Sequence record: OM718002.1
Reading direction: 5' to 3' (one strand)
Length of the DNA: 64,000 nt
Part shown: positions 55,753-64,000 of the stretch, one piece after another
Layout of the letters: every line of letters starts with the position of its first letter
Position numbering within the stretch: position 1 is the stretch's first letter
Notes under the pieces: model-generated
Database searches by the model: none
What the model saw: only the letters and a program-made list of their open reading frames with translations
What the model was told of the DNA's origin: nothing
Made by a program: the position numbers and the translations under genes

Positions 55753-56462
55753 TATCTAACCCTCATTAGAAGACGGATATCACCGTACTTAAGAACGGCA
55801 TTTCGGACTTGATAAATAAAAGGTTTAAATTCTTTTCGCTGTTGATCAGCCGTGAGTGTATAAGTTACTTTGATAGGTTCATTAGGAACATTGCAGAAAG
55901 ATAGATAACGCGATACTCGACGTAGATTACGTAGGTGATTCTTACCACATTTAGGCCCGACTCGTTGTAACCGACCGTCGATAACCTTCCAATCATAATT
56001 AGCTTTAAGGTTTAGAGAATAAAAACTTTCAGTTAAATTCTTATAATACTGTAATTGTTTTTGAGAGATTTTATTAATTTTTGGTTCATCTGTTACAAGA
56101 CGTGGGCTATACCGTGAATAACAATCTGGTTCTGACATACGATCCCAGGACATATAAGTATATAGACTCATATATACTGTTTTAGTAACTGGTTTAAGCT
56201 CACTCATACCTTTTAGAATAGCTTCACCACTAATCCATGCATCACAGCGTGGATCATCATCATAACTACTCCACCATTCTGGTTTCTTTTTCAGATCATC
56301 AGGAACACCATTATGGTAAGCAAATGGTTTTACATCCCAATAATTGCGAATATCAAGTAGATATGCATAAAGATCATAATTCTGTGTTAGTTCAATATCT
56401 TCGATACCAATCCATTCATTATTTACTTTAGCTTGAGTTTCTAAATATACATAATCACCCAT
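55752..56462 (-). CDS. Hypothetical protein
   Basis: TAATG coupling to the SLOG gene. Confidence 0.7.
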   Translation of the reverse strand: MGDYVYLETQAKVNNEWIGIEDIELTQNYDLYAYLLDIRNYWDVKPFAYHNGVPDDLKKKPEWWSSYDDDPRCDAWISGEAILKGMSELKPVTKTVYMSLYTYMSWDRMSEPDCYSRYSPRLVTDEPKINKISQKQLQYYKNLTESFYSLNLKANYDWKVIDGRLQRVGPKCGKNHLRNLRRVSRYLSFCNVPNEPIKVTYTLTADQQRKEFKPFIYQVRNAVLKYGDIRLLMRVR

Positions 56463-56666
56463 TTTCTTTATTTCCTGTATTAGATTAATATAAATGTTTT
56501 ATAACAACTATTTCAATATTGAATAACGTATTATTGGTTGTTTTAATTTACTACTCAACCTGATAATGTGTAATACGTCTATCTATATATCTCTTTTCTC
56601 TGGTGAAGAGCATTAGCATTATTCCAAGGTAGAGTCCTTATTCTATTAAACATATAAGTAAATAAT

Positions 56667-56688
56667 CCCTCCCCAATAAAGGGGAGGG
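56667..56688 (-). terminator. Intrinsic terminator
   Basis: ccctcccc-aataaa-ggggaggg. Confidence 0.75.
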
Positions 56689-56704
56689 TATATGTTATCT
56701 TAAT

Positions 56705-57106
56705 TCATGCTTTTGAAAGATCATATTTAATAGCTTCATCTTTCATAGGAGTTAATACAATAGTCACTTTTTCAAAACCATGTATATCCCTACCATTATA
56801 AGAAATATCAATACTCTCCCAATCCTGGTTAACTACTTCAGCATGAAGAATATTTTTAATATTGATAGCATCTGTTTTATCAAACCATTTAAAAACCTTT
56901 GGGTTAAATACAAGTTCGAAAGTAGTTTGATATGGATAGCTTTTCTGTTTAACAAGCCTACTAGATGCTAGTGATGTATTCTCAATATTTCGAATAACAT
57001 CAATCATTGCTTTACGGATAGTAAGTAATTTACTTTTCAGAACCAAATCAATAAATGCTGGATCAGTTGTCATTACTTCTTTTACAGATGGAAATGTGAT
57101 TTCCAT
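56705..57106 (-). CDS. Hypothetical protein, paralog of 57271 and 24051
   Basis: FPSVKEV ... AEVVNQDWESIDI. Confidence 0.7.
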   Translation of the reverse strand: MEITFPSVKEVMTTDPAFIDLVLKSKLLTIRKAMIDVIRNIENTSLASSRLVKQKSYPYQTTFELVFNPKVFKWFDKTDAINIKNILHAEVVNQDWESIDISYNGRDIHGFEKVTIVLTPMKDEAIKYDLSKA

Positions 57107-57122
57107 AGCATCCTCTTATAGG

Positions 57123-57299
57123 TTAATTATTAAAAGATAAATCATAATCACTTTGTCTGCGATTCGGATTAACAGGATCAGGATATTTTCCAGTTTTGAT
57201 AACTTCTTTTATAGCTCTAAAATCACGTTCTAGAAAATCTAGTTTTTTAACTAACTCTTTTTCTAATTCTTTATTGAGTAGTCTTCTTAATTTGCTCAT
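57123..57299 (-). CDS. Small hypothetical protein (58 aa, not in ORF track)
   Basis: Manual translation MSKLRRLLNKELEKELVKKLDFLERDF...; fills the gap between neighbours. Confidence 0.5.
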   Translation of the reverse strand: MSKLRRLLNKELEKELVKKLDFLERDFRAIKEVIKTGKYPDPVNPNRRQSDYDLSFNN

Positions 57300-57666
57300 C
57301 TACGTATACTCTCACAATGAACCAATTGATTAGGCCAAAACCTTTTGGTGTGATGGTAATGTCATCTTTATATCCATTTTTAGTGATTACATTACGTAAT
57401 ACTTTAATTGCTTCAGGTGGAATAAGATTAGCATTACCGGTAACACTATACTCGAAATAATAACCTACACCTGGTAAATAACCTGATGCAATCTGGTTAG
57501 TACCTGTGATATTACTAACGTGTTGGAAGTCACTAAAAGCATTCTTGTAGAATAACAAAATATTAGGAATTACTTCATCCCTAATAGTAGAACTAGTAAT
57601 GGCATCCGCCGATGGAAAATAAGGTACTAATTCATCTGTTACATTGGTGCTATTAATATCGGACAT
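57271..57666 (-). CDS. Hypothetical protein, paralog of 56705 and 24051
   Basis: FPSADAI ... RNVITKNGYKDDI; first gene after promoter 57713. Confidence 0.7.
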   Translation of the reverse strand: MSDINSTNVTDELVPYFPSADAITSSTIRDEVIPNILLFYKNAFSDFQHVSNITGTNQIASGYLPGVGYYFEYSVTGNANLIPPEAIKVLRNVITKNGYKDDITITPKGFGLINWFIVRVYVDEQIKKTTQ

Positions 57667-57712
57667 AATCTTTTCCTCATTATAAAAGGATAAATATCTT
57701 TATGGTAATCCT

Positions 57713-57720
57713 GTAATATA
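57713..57720 (-). promoter_or_regulatory. Early promoter TATATTAC
   Basis: Exact octamer downstream of hairpin 57750. Confidence 0.85.
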
Positions 57721-57749
57721 GATTTAAATTAATTTATAATGAATGGCAT

Positions 57750-57774
57750 AAAGGAGCCCCTGGTGGGCTCCTTT
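57750..57774. terminator. Terminator-like hairpin
   Basis: aaaggagccc-ctggt-gggctccttt. Confidence 0.65.
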
Positions 57775-57813
57775 AATGTAATAGGTCCGACCCCTATCTA
57801 GAGGTCGGTGAGT

Positions 57814-57929
57814 AGCAAGGCACCGTAGTTGGGGTTCGTGTCGTTCCTGACGATACTTTAGTACCCCGGTTTATTTACGACTGGATCACCCCCTTAAAGT
57901 GCAGTGCGTTTTACGCAAACTGCCTTGCT
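57814..57929 (+). ncRNA. Candidate structured non-coding RNA (about 116 nt)
   Basis: 9-bp terminal repeat agcaaggca/tgccttgct enclosing several hairpins; GC-rich, non-coding; G-U pairs favour the plus strand. Confidence 0.5.
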
Positions 57930-57972
57930 CTATATCATTGCACTGTGCGTATTTTTATTCGTTAGCTAATCT

Positions 57973-57976
57973 TATG
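57973..57976 (+). promoter_or_regulatory. Candidate late promoter TATG for the helicase operon
   Basis: 44 nt upstream of ATG 58017. Confidence 0.35.
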
Positions 57977-58016
57977 ACTTAGAGTTATATTTACATACCC
58001 CTTAAGGAAAAATGCA

Positions 58017-60128
58017 ATGATAGACTCATTTAGGAAGCTAATGGGCTCGCTATCAATTACTGAAACTGATCAAGAAATTATCATCAGTGGTTTTGATGGT
58101 GCTGCATTCATTAGAGATATTAACAAGTATTGGCGAACCACTAAATTAGCTACGCAGTTATTTAACACGGTTAGTCGTCGTAGTATTTCATTTTATAAAT
58201 TCTTTGCTCCTGAAATATATTACATGCTAGAAGCAGTAAAGAATTATAGAAGTAGATACATCTCTATTAAAACTGTTAATGCCATCCGTGAAGCAATGCT
58301 TCAATATACCTGGTTAAAAAATACTCGTCCTGTAGATACCAACTCTGTACCAGGTAGACTCAATTTCAAGATGTTAGACAAATTGACATTTACACCAGAT
58401 GAGTCTCAAAAAGCTTATTTTGAAAATTATAATTATCGAATTGACCAGTATGGTTTACGTGGTGATATTGTTGCAGGTAAACCTGGTACTGGTAAGACAT
58501 TCATGACGATGGCTATTGCTGAAATGGTTGAGTCGGATATCATTATAGTTGTTTGTGAAAAGAAGTCTATTGATCTAATATGGAAGCCATCTATTATTGA
58601 GATGTATAAGGAAAGACAAAAAGTATGGTCGACCATTGATGATAAAGCCTACAACGGTCAAAGAATACTTATATCCCATTACCAGGCGCAAGATAAAATA
58701 ATTGATCTATTAAGAAGCGGTATATTCAAAGGTAAGAACATTACGGTGATTCTGGATGAATCACACAATATGAACGATCCTAATTCTGCACAATCTCTTA
58801 AGTTCCAGCAAATATGTTTTATGTCTAACTCTAATAACAGATTATTAGCGTCAGGTACCCCTGTTAAAGCACTTGGTTCTGAATTAGTAAGTGCATTAAG
58901 AGTATTAGACGATCTCTTCACCAATGAGGTTGAAGAACGTTTTAAGAAAGCATTTGGAAAAGAGACACAGAAAGGATTAGATATTGTCCAACATCGCTTT
59001 GGGTTAATTGCGTACGTCATTGAAAAGAAAGATACTGAGGTTTTACCACCGAGGATAAAAGCGTATCGTATCAAGATACCAAATGGATCACAGTATACTC
59101 TTAATGCCATTAAACGTGATTGTGAAGCTTTTATTAGAGAACGTGTAAAGTTCTATGCTGCGCGCCGACCAGAAGATGAGAAGTATTGGGCTAAACTAAT
59201 GGCGATACACGAGAACTCTCTTAAGACCCAGGCGCAGAAAGATGGTTTCGCTCGCTATAAGAATTTGATTAAAATAATTCAGAAGAATCAAGACCCGCGA
59301 TACATTGGTGAAGAAATTAAAGAATCTAACCAATATGAAAAAATGTTTATAGAGCCAACTTTACCTCGTAATGAAATAGCTGCTTTTAGAGATATTAAAT
59401 CAGTTATAAAATACGTTATGCTAAAGATACAAGGTGAATGTTTGGGAAGGGTTTTAGGTGCTAAACGCATTCAGTGCCATGTGGACATGGTACCGTATAT
59501 TGACTGGGTTGGTATCACTGAATCAACTATGAAGAAAACGATTGCATTTACATCGTTTGTTGAGGTTGTTGATACTGTTGATAAGTACACCAATAAATTA
59601 GGTATGCATCCGGCGGTGGTGTATGGTAAAACCAATGACAATTTACCTCAAATAATCAGTAGATTTGAGAAAGACCCTAAATTAAATCCATTGGTAGCTA
59701 CATATGCTTCCCTTTCAACAGCGGTCCGTATGACGATGGCTGATACTATGGTGACAATTAATTCACCGTTTAGGCATTACATTCTAGAACAAGCTATTGC
59801 TCGAATTTACCGTAAAGGTCAGGATTCACAAACAGTCGTATATCAATGTACTCTCGATACAGAAGATGAACCGAATATCTCAACAAGGTCAGATGACATT
59901 CTAAAATGGAGTCAGGCAATGGTTGAAGCTATTATGGGTATTAAATCTCCATTTGAGATCACAGAGTCATTAGAAAGTTATGTTGATAAAAATAATAATT
60001 TTGATGAAAATAAAATCATTTATCAGATGCTAAAAGAATCATTTGAGAAGTATGATATCGCAATTGATTTTAATGACTTTGATACACGTATGTATAAACC
60101 ATATCAGCCCGCATATATGCGGTTTTAA
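58017..60128 (+). CDS. SF2 SNF2-like helicase/ATPase
   Basis: GKPGTGKT, ILDESH, LASGTP, EQAIARIYRKGQ. Confidence 0.88.
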   Translation: MIDSFRKLMGSLSITETDQEIIISGFDGAAFIRDINKYWRTTKLATQLFNTVSRRSISFYKFFAPEIYYMLEAVKNYRSRYISIKTVNAIREAMLQYTWLKNTRPVDTNSVPGRLNFKMLDKLTFTPDESQKAYFENYNYRIDQYGLRGDIVAGKPGTGKTFMTMAIAEMVESDIIIVVCEKKSIDLIWKPSIIEMYKERQKVWSTIDDKAYNGQRILISHYQAQDKIIDLLRSGIFKGKNITVILDESHNMNDPNSAQSLKFQQICFMSNSNNRLLASGTPVKALGSELVSALRVLDDLFTNEVEERFKKAFGKETQKGLDIVQHRFGLIAYVIEKKDTEVLPPRIKAYRIKIPNGSQYTLNAIKRDCEAFIRERVKFYAARRPEDEKYWAKLMAIHENSLKTQAQKDGFARYKNLIKIIQKNQDPRYIGEEIKESNQYEKMFIEPTLPRNEIAAFRDIKSVIKYVMLKIQGECLGRVLGAKRIQCHVDMVPYIDWVGITESTMKKTIAFTSFVEVVDTVDKYTNKLGMHPAVVYGKTNDNLPQIISRFEKDPKLNPLVATYASLSTAVRMTMADTMVTINSPFRHYILEQAIARIYRKGQDSQTVVYQCTLDTEDEPNISTRSDDILKWSQAMVEAIMGIKSPFEITESLESYVDKNNNFDENKIIYQMLKESFEKYDIAIDFNDFDTRMYKPYQPAYMRF

Positions 60129-60139
60129 AGGAGACAGAA

Positions 60140-60610
60140 ATGTCTGATCCACATTCATCTAATACTGGTGAAGATCTTATTCTTGGGCCTGAAGCCACCA
60201 GTGAAGAAATGTATAATGCGATTTTAAGGTGGGTTGACAAAGTAACAACCATCCTAGAATCTGGTGGTGGCCCTGGTCCAGGTCCTAGTACTGGTTTAAA
60301 ACCAATTCTATTTCAAACTGGTACATTAAACCCAGGAGATGTAGTTACTTATGATCTTTCCAAAGTTATTACTTCTATGGGTGATTATACTCTGGCTACA
60401 GCCATCGTTGATCTCAAGATTATCGACCCTGAAACTACTAGTCCTACTAGTGGTAAGCTTATTAGCGCTTCTGCTAGTATTGGTTGGGATCTCGATTCAT
60501 CTACAGGGATTTTAAATATCCGTGGGTATAGCCTGTCTGTACCAATCACTTATTATATTCGAGTTGACTCACCTATTAAGACGGCTGATATTCCCGTGTA
60601 TACCCCGTAA
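60140..60610 (+). CDS. Putative virion protein
   Basis: AGGAG SD; beta-rich with a GGGPGPGP linker; phiKZ-like position. Confidence 0.55.
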   Translation: MSDPHSSNTGEDLILGPEATSEEMYNAILRWVDKVTTILESGGGPGPGPSTGLKPILFQTGTLNPGDVVTYDLSKVITSMGDYTLATAIVDLKIIDPETTSPTSGKLISASASIGWDLDSSTGILNIRGYSLSVPITYYIRVDSPIKTADIPVYTP

Positions 60611-60620
60611 GGAGTGAGAA

Positions 60621-62570
60621 ATGCCTTCTATTGTCCCGTCGCAAGTGCCGGGTCCTGTGGCACTAAACTCTAAAGTTAAATTTAACTTTAGTTCAGATAT
60701 TCAGAAGGTGTATTATACAGTGAGCCCGGAGTTACCTCCGGTGCTCTCTGAATACATTGCTTATGATGGTGACCCTGCAACAGGTGGTAGTCCATTTATT
60801 GCTGTTGTGCAAGATGGCACTGGTAATGTTCTTTATGATTGTAGTTTTCCAAAATTCTATAATTTAAACTATGATACTTACCAAATTCCGGCTAATACAA
60901 CAAACCCTCAAGATCTATGGGGATGGGTAAGATATTTTTATAATGCTATTGGGTTTATTAGGAATGGTAGTAAGTACGAATCAACTGGAAAGAAATTCTT
61001 AGTAATCACAGATAGTAATCCTAGTGAACCTTATTCAGTCCTCAATACGTCAGGTAATGGTTTTAAAAAGATACTAGATACGGCTGCTCGTGTACAAGAT
61101 TCTACCTATGATGTTTATTACCCAGAAATGATGGGTGGCACAGTAGACCTTACTTTAACAGATCTTAATAAGTATTATGCATGTATTCTATTCTCTACTA
61201 AAGATCATAATACTGGTGCATTAACTCCTGAAAGAGTGAGTCAGGCGACTATTGATAATCTAGCTACTTGGCGTAAATCGGGTAATGGTATCTTTGTTAT
61301 AACTGATTCTGCTTCAAGAGATTACACTAATATTGAAGATGCTAAAGAAAATAATGGTAGTTTTGCATTTACCGCTAATAGACTAGCCTTTAATTTTGGT
61401 TCTTATTTCTCTGGTGTTGTTGATAGGTCAGATGTTCAATATACTGTAAATCAGATGCTAAGCTGGTCACCAAAAGCTGCATCATCTGGTTTGTTTACAG
61501 GTATGAATAAATCTATTGGTAATGGTCAAGTAACTGACTTTGTTATCAAAGGTGATTCAAGTGAAAGTGAGATTAAGCTTGTTACTTTCCCAGCGTATAA
61601 CAAAGAAGATATTCCTGAATTTACCTTCGATCATACTGGCGAGTACATTTACAATTTTCTGTGTACGACATCTGAAAATCCTAATAAACCGTATGCTATT
61701 TCATTTAGATTCCAAGTTGGTGTAGATGATGGTATCTTTGTTGCACGTGATAATGGCCAAGCTATTGATACTACTCAGATACTAACAGCTAAGCGTTATT
61801 TTGATCTTAATCTAGGTTACTCAAATGGTACTGACCATCAGGATTATCTAGGCGATATTCAAATAAATGGCTATTTAGTTGGATCATTCTTATTTAGTCA
61901 GGGCATTACTCAGTGGGATCTGATAACTCATGGATCAACTCTTTTAATCCATGATAATGATCAGATACGTATTAACGTACGTGTACCTTATACTTACACA
62001 ATGCAGCATCAAGTGGTACTTAGTTCAAAACCTGCTTCTCTTTATAATGAAGCATCCCTTATAGGTACAATGGCATGGGATGATTATAAAGGGATAAGTA
62101 AAGCTAAAATTTATGAATATATTAATCTTAGCATGACCAAGTATATGTATCGTGTAGCGAATGCATATAAGAATAACATTAATATAAAACCAATAGTATT
62201 GACTGCATTACGCCGTACATTCCTTGGTGAGACATTAAATACAGCTAATGTATATGTTTATGATAATAACTCCACATGGGGTAAACTATCACAACGTGTC
62301 CAGAACGGACGACATGGTGATATTGTTATCTTTGCAGATACTTCTAAAGTTGTCCAGTATGATGAACTGGCTTCAACACCTGGCTGGTATGTAATGAAAG
62401 ATCCAGGATTAGCTGATGTAACAGTAGCTAAACTAGTTCCATTCTTTGGAAATAACCGAGCTATTAAAAATAGGTTAAAGACTGGTGACATTCTTGATGA
62501 GACCACTGGTCAACCAATTTCTTTCCATGCTAATTGGAAAATAGAAAATGATAAACTTGTAAAAGTTTAA
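60621..62570 (+). CDS. Putative virion structural protein
   Basis: 649 aa, AAGGAG SD; central LATWRKSGNGIFVITD segment suggests a GATase-like alpha/beta fold (weak). Confidence 0.55.
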   Translation: MPSIVPSQVPGPVALNSKVKFNFSSDIQKVYYTVSPELPPVLSEYIAYDGDPATGGSPFIAVVQDGTGNVLYDCSFPKFYNLNYDTYQIPANTTNPQDLWGWVRYFYNAIGFIRNGSKYESTGKKFLVITDSNPSEPYSVLNTSGNGFKKILDTAARVQDSTYDVYYPEMMGGTVDLTLTDLNKYYACILFSTKDHNTGALTPERVSQATIDNLATWRKSGNGIFVITDSASRDYTNIEDAKENNGSFAFTANRLAFNFGSYFSGVVDRSDVQYTVNQMLSWSPKAASSGLFTGMNKSIGNGQVTDFVIKGDSSESEIKLVTFPAYNKEDIPEFTFDHTGEYIYNFLCTTSENPNKPYAISFRFQVGVDDGIFVARDNGQAIDTTQILTAKRYFDLNLGYSNGTDHQDYLGDIQINGYLVGSFLFSQGITQWDLITHGSTLLIHDNDQIRINVRVPYTYTMQHQVVLSSKPASLYNEASLIGTMAWDDYKGISKAKIYEYINLSMTKYMYRVANAYKNNINIKPIVLTALRRTFLGETLNTANVYVYDNNSTWGKLSQRVQNGRHGDIVIFADTSKVVQYDELASTPGWYVMKDPGLADVTVAKLVPFFGNNRAIKNRLKTGDILDETTGQPISFHANWKIENDKLVKV

Positions 62571-62574
62571 CGGC

Positions 62575-62600
62575 ATAAGCCCTCCCGCAATGGGAGGGCA
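62575..62600. terminator. Bidirectional terminator (copy of 24896-24921)
   Basis: gccctccc-gcaat-gggagggc between convergent genes. Confidence 0.85.
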
Positions 62601-62610
62601 TTATGTTGTT

Positions 62611-63270
62611 TTAACCACGCGTTATATTAAATAACCGTCTTTTCTGATCAAGTAATAAAATAGCGCTTGTGGTAATTTTAATGTTAAACCTACGTTTAGC
62701 TAAACTCTGAGCTACTAGTTCAATAGCATCAACTAGATCGATTGATTCTATATCACCTGTATTTTTAGATTTACTAATTGGTTTACTAAGAATTTTCCAT
62801 CCCTTAGTAAAATTACTAGCTGACGGCTTTTGACCTATCTTGCTACGAAAAAATAGTCCAACTAATTTACTAGCTAGTTCACGTGGATCATTAAAATCTG
62901 TTTCTGGTGAATGTAAGGTAATATTACTGTTTGCCAGGAATTCATGGTTCTCCGCACGATCCTCGATGGTTTTAGCACGTGGATCAAAATCCCAACAATT
63001 AACAGTTATATTTACGTCATTACCATTACGACGTAGATCAATACATCTAATGAAATCAGTCATATCAAACTTACGTTCAACATCACGCATGTCATTAGCA
63101 ATCTTCTCTAATTCATCGTTATCAGTAATACCAACTTGCTTAGTAATATCAAAAGTCAAATCGGCTAAAACGGATTGAGGAAAACTGGTTGCGATCAGCA
63201 AACGCAGTACGATTTCTGGACGACTTTTTCTATCTTTGTCGCCTGACATCTTCTCAAAGGTATTAGTCAT
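62611..63270 (-). CDS. Hypothetical protein
   Basis: 219-aa ORF. Confidence 0.7.
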   Translation of the reverse strand: MTNTFEKMSGDKDRKSRPEIVLRLLIATSFPQSVLADLTFDITKQVGITDNDELEKIANDMRDVERKFDMTDFIRCIDLRRNGNDVNITVNCWDFDPRAKTIEDRAENHEFLANSNITLHSPETDFNDPRELASKLVGLFFRSKIGQKPSASNFTKGWKILSKPISKSKNTGDIESIDLVDAIELVAQSLAKRRFNIKITTSAILLLDQKRRLFNITRG

Positions 63271-63289
63271 GATGGCTATCCCAAAAAGG

Positions 63290-63721
63290 TTAGTTCACAC
63301 CATTTAAACGCTCCCAGTCATCTAGGGTTGCACGAGCATCAAATAGTGCGTTGTGAAGCATTTTAGAACCTTTTCCACTTAGCTCATGATTTAATTCAAA
63401 TATAGTTGGTAACTCAACAACTTGTTTACCTTTACCCATATCCATAGCTTTACCAGTGTAAACCATATCGTTAACATGATTAGCTATAAAATGTAATCGA
63501 GCAAACTGACCAAGAAACTTGGCTAGTCTATCATGGAATTCTTCTAAAGAGATTGGTTCTTTTTGAAGAATAGGAATAACGTTTTCTTTAACCCATTCAT
63601 CTTCAATATTGTCATATGGTAGAACTTCGTAGAATTCACAACGTCGATCTTCACTAACAATACCGAGTGAAATAAGAGTACCAGTAGGCGTATCAAATTC
63701 TGTATCAACAAAAAGTAACAT
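63290..63721 (-). CDS. DEDDh 3'-5' exonuclease (DnaQ/RNase AS-like)
   Basis: FVDTEF...LISLGIV, HNALFDAR. Confidence 0.8.
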   Translation of the reverse strand: MLLFVDTEFDTPTGTLISLGIVSEDRRCEFYEVLPYDNIEDEWVKENVIPILQKEPISLEEFHDRLAKFLGQFARLHFIANHVNDMVYTGKAMDMGKGKQVVELPTIFELNHELSGKGSKMLHNALFDARATLDDWERLNGVN

Positions 63722-63777
63722 AGTAGTTTTCCTTATACGAAAGTCTTATCATAACAATAATGCACTTACGTCAAAAA

Positions 63778-63800
63778 GAGAGAACCATGGCGGTTCTCTC
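63778..63800 (-). terminator. Intrinsic terminator
   Basis: gagagaacc-atggc-ggttctctc. Confidence 0.7.
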
Positions 63801-63811
63801 CTATAAAAGTA

Positions 63812-64000
63812 TTAGACTTTTAGTCCACGAATATTGAAGATTATTTGACAAGCTGCAATTATTCTATTTCTAGAAATCTTTACAGGAATTTTGTAGTGGT
63901 TGAGTACAGCTTTAGGATTCTCAACACTCATCAATTCTTTAAGTAATTCGTCGCTAATTTTATTATGTGTCAGGACAAAGGTTGCGACATCGTGGTCCCA
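63812..64000 (-). CDS. 3' end of a gene running off the window
   Basis: Open frame WDHDVATF...NIRGLKV-stop. Confidence 0.6.
   Translation of the reverse strand, partial: WDHDVATFVLTHNKISDELLKELMSVENPKAVLNHYKIPVKISRNRIIAACQIIFNIRGLKV

Noticed and set aside
57123-57273. Stop-codon read-through extension of the 57271 gene
   Set aside because: On recount, that frame stops again at 57247-57249; the open stretch belongs to a separate 58-aa ORF in another frame.
57846-57900. Hammerhead ribozyme (CUGACGA core-like word) or retron msr-msd
   Set aside because: No GAAA core partner at the required position, and no reverse transcriptase in the window.
57814-57929. 5S rRNA gene or mimic (size, 9-bp terminal helix, shared words CCGUAG, CCUGAC, AACUGCC)
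   Set aside because: It lacks the conserved CCGAAC and loop-E GAUGGUAG segments and the 5S helix layout; the short matches are likely chance.

Overview
AT-rich (about one third GC by eye), densely coded segment of a phiKZ-like (Phikzvirus-type, nucleus-forming) Pseudomonas jumbo phage. It is shown reverse-complemented relative to the main transcription direction. The assignment rests on many copies of the phiKZ early-promoter octamer TATATTAC on the minus strand and on gene order recalled from phiKZ (not verified by search): SNF2-like helicase, AAA ATPase, dCTP deaminase, thymidylate synthase, HD hydrolase, CMP/dCMP-type deaminase, BCS1-like AAA ATPase, tRNA-Thr(UGU). About 5.5-57.7 kb is a run of roughly 100 small minus-strand early/accessory genes. 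These are cut into units by repeated cUUCGg terminator + AT-rich spacer + TATATTAC cassettes. Plus-strand islands (1-5.5 kb, 58-62.6 kb) carry probable virion genes, a tRNA and the helicase. Best leads: (1) a GC-rich, multi-stem ncRNA candidate at 57.8-57.9 kb and a possibly pseudoknotted one at 7.73-7.79 kb; (2) an early operon of signal-peptide, two-cysteine paralogous periplasmic proteins; (3) near-identical terminator-promoter cassettes, with a TATG motif abutting many hairpins; (4) host-takeover or anti-defence candidates (SspB-like ClpX adaptor, small alarmone hydrolase, RlaP-type nucleotidyltransferase, two ART-fold genes, catalytically dead GIY-YIG, probable gp241 orthologue). No CRISPR array, integrase, transposase or reverse transcriptase was seen.
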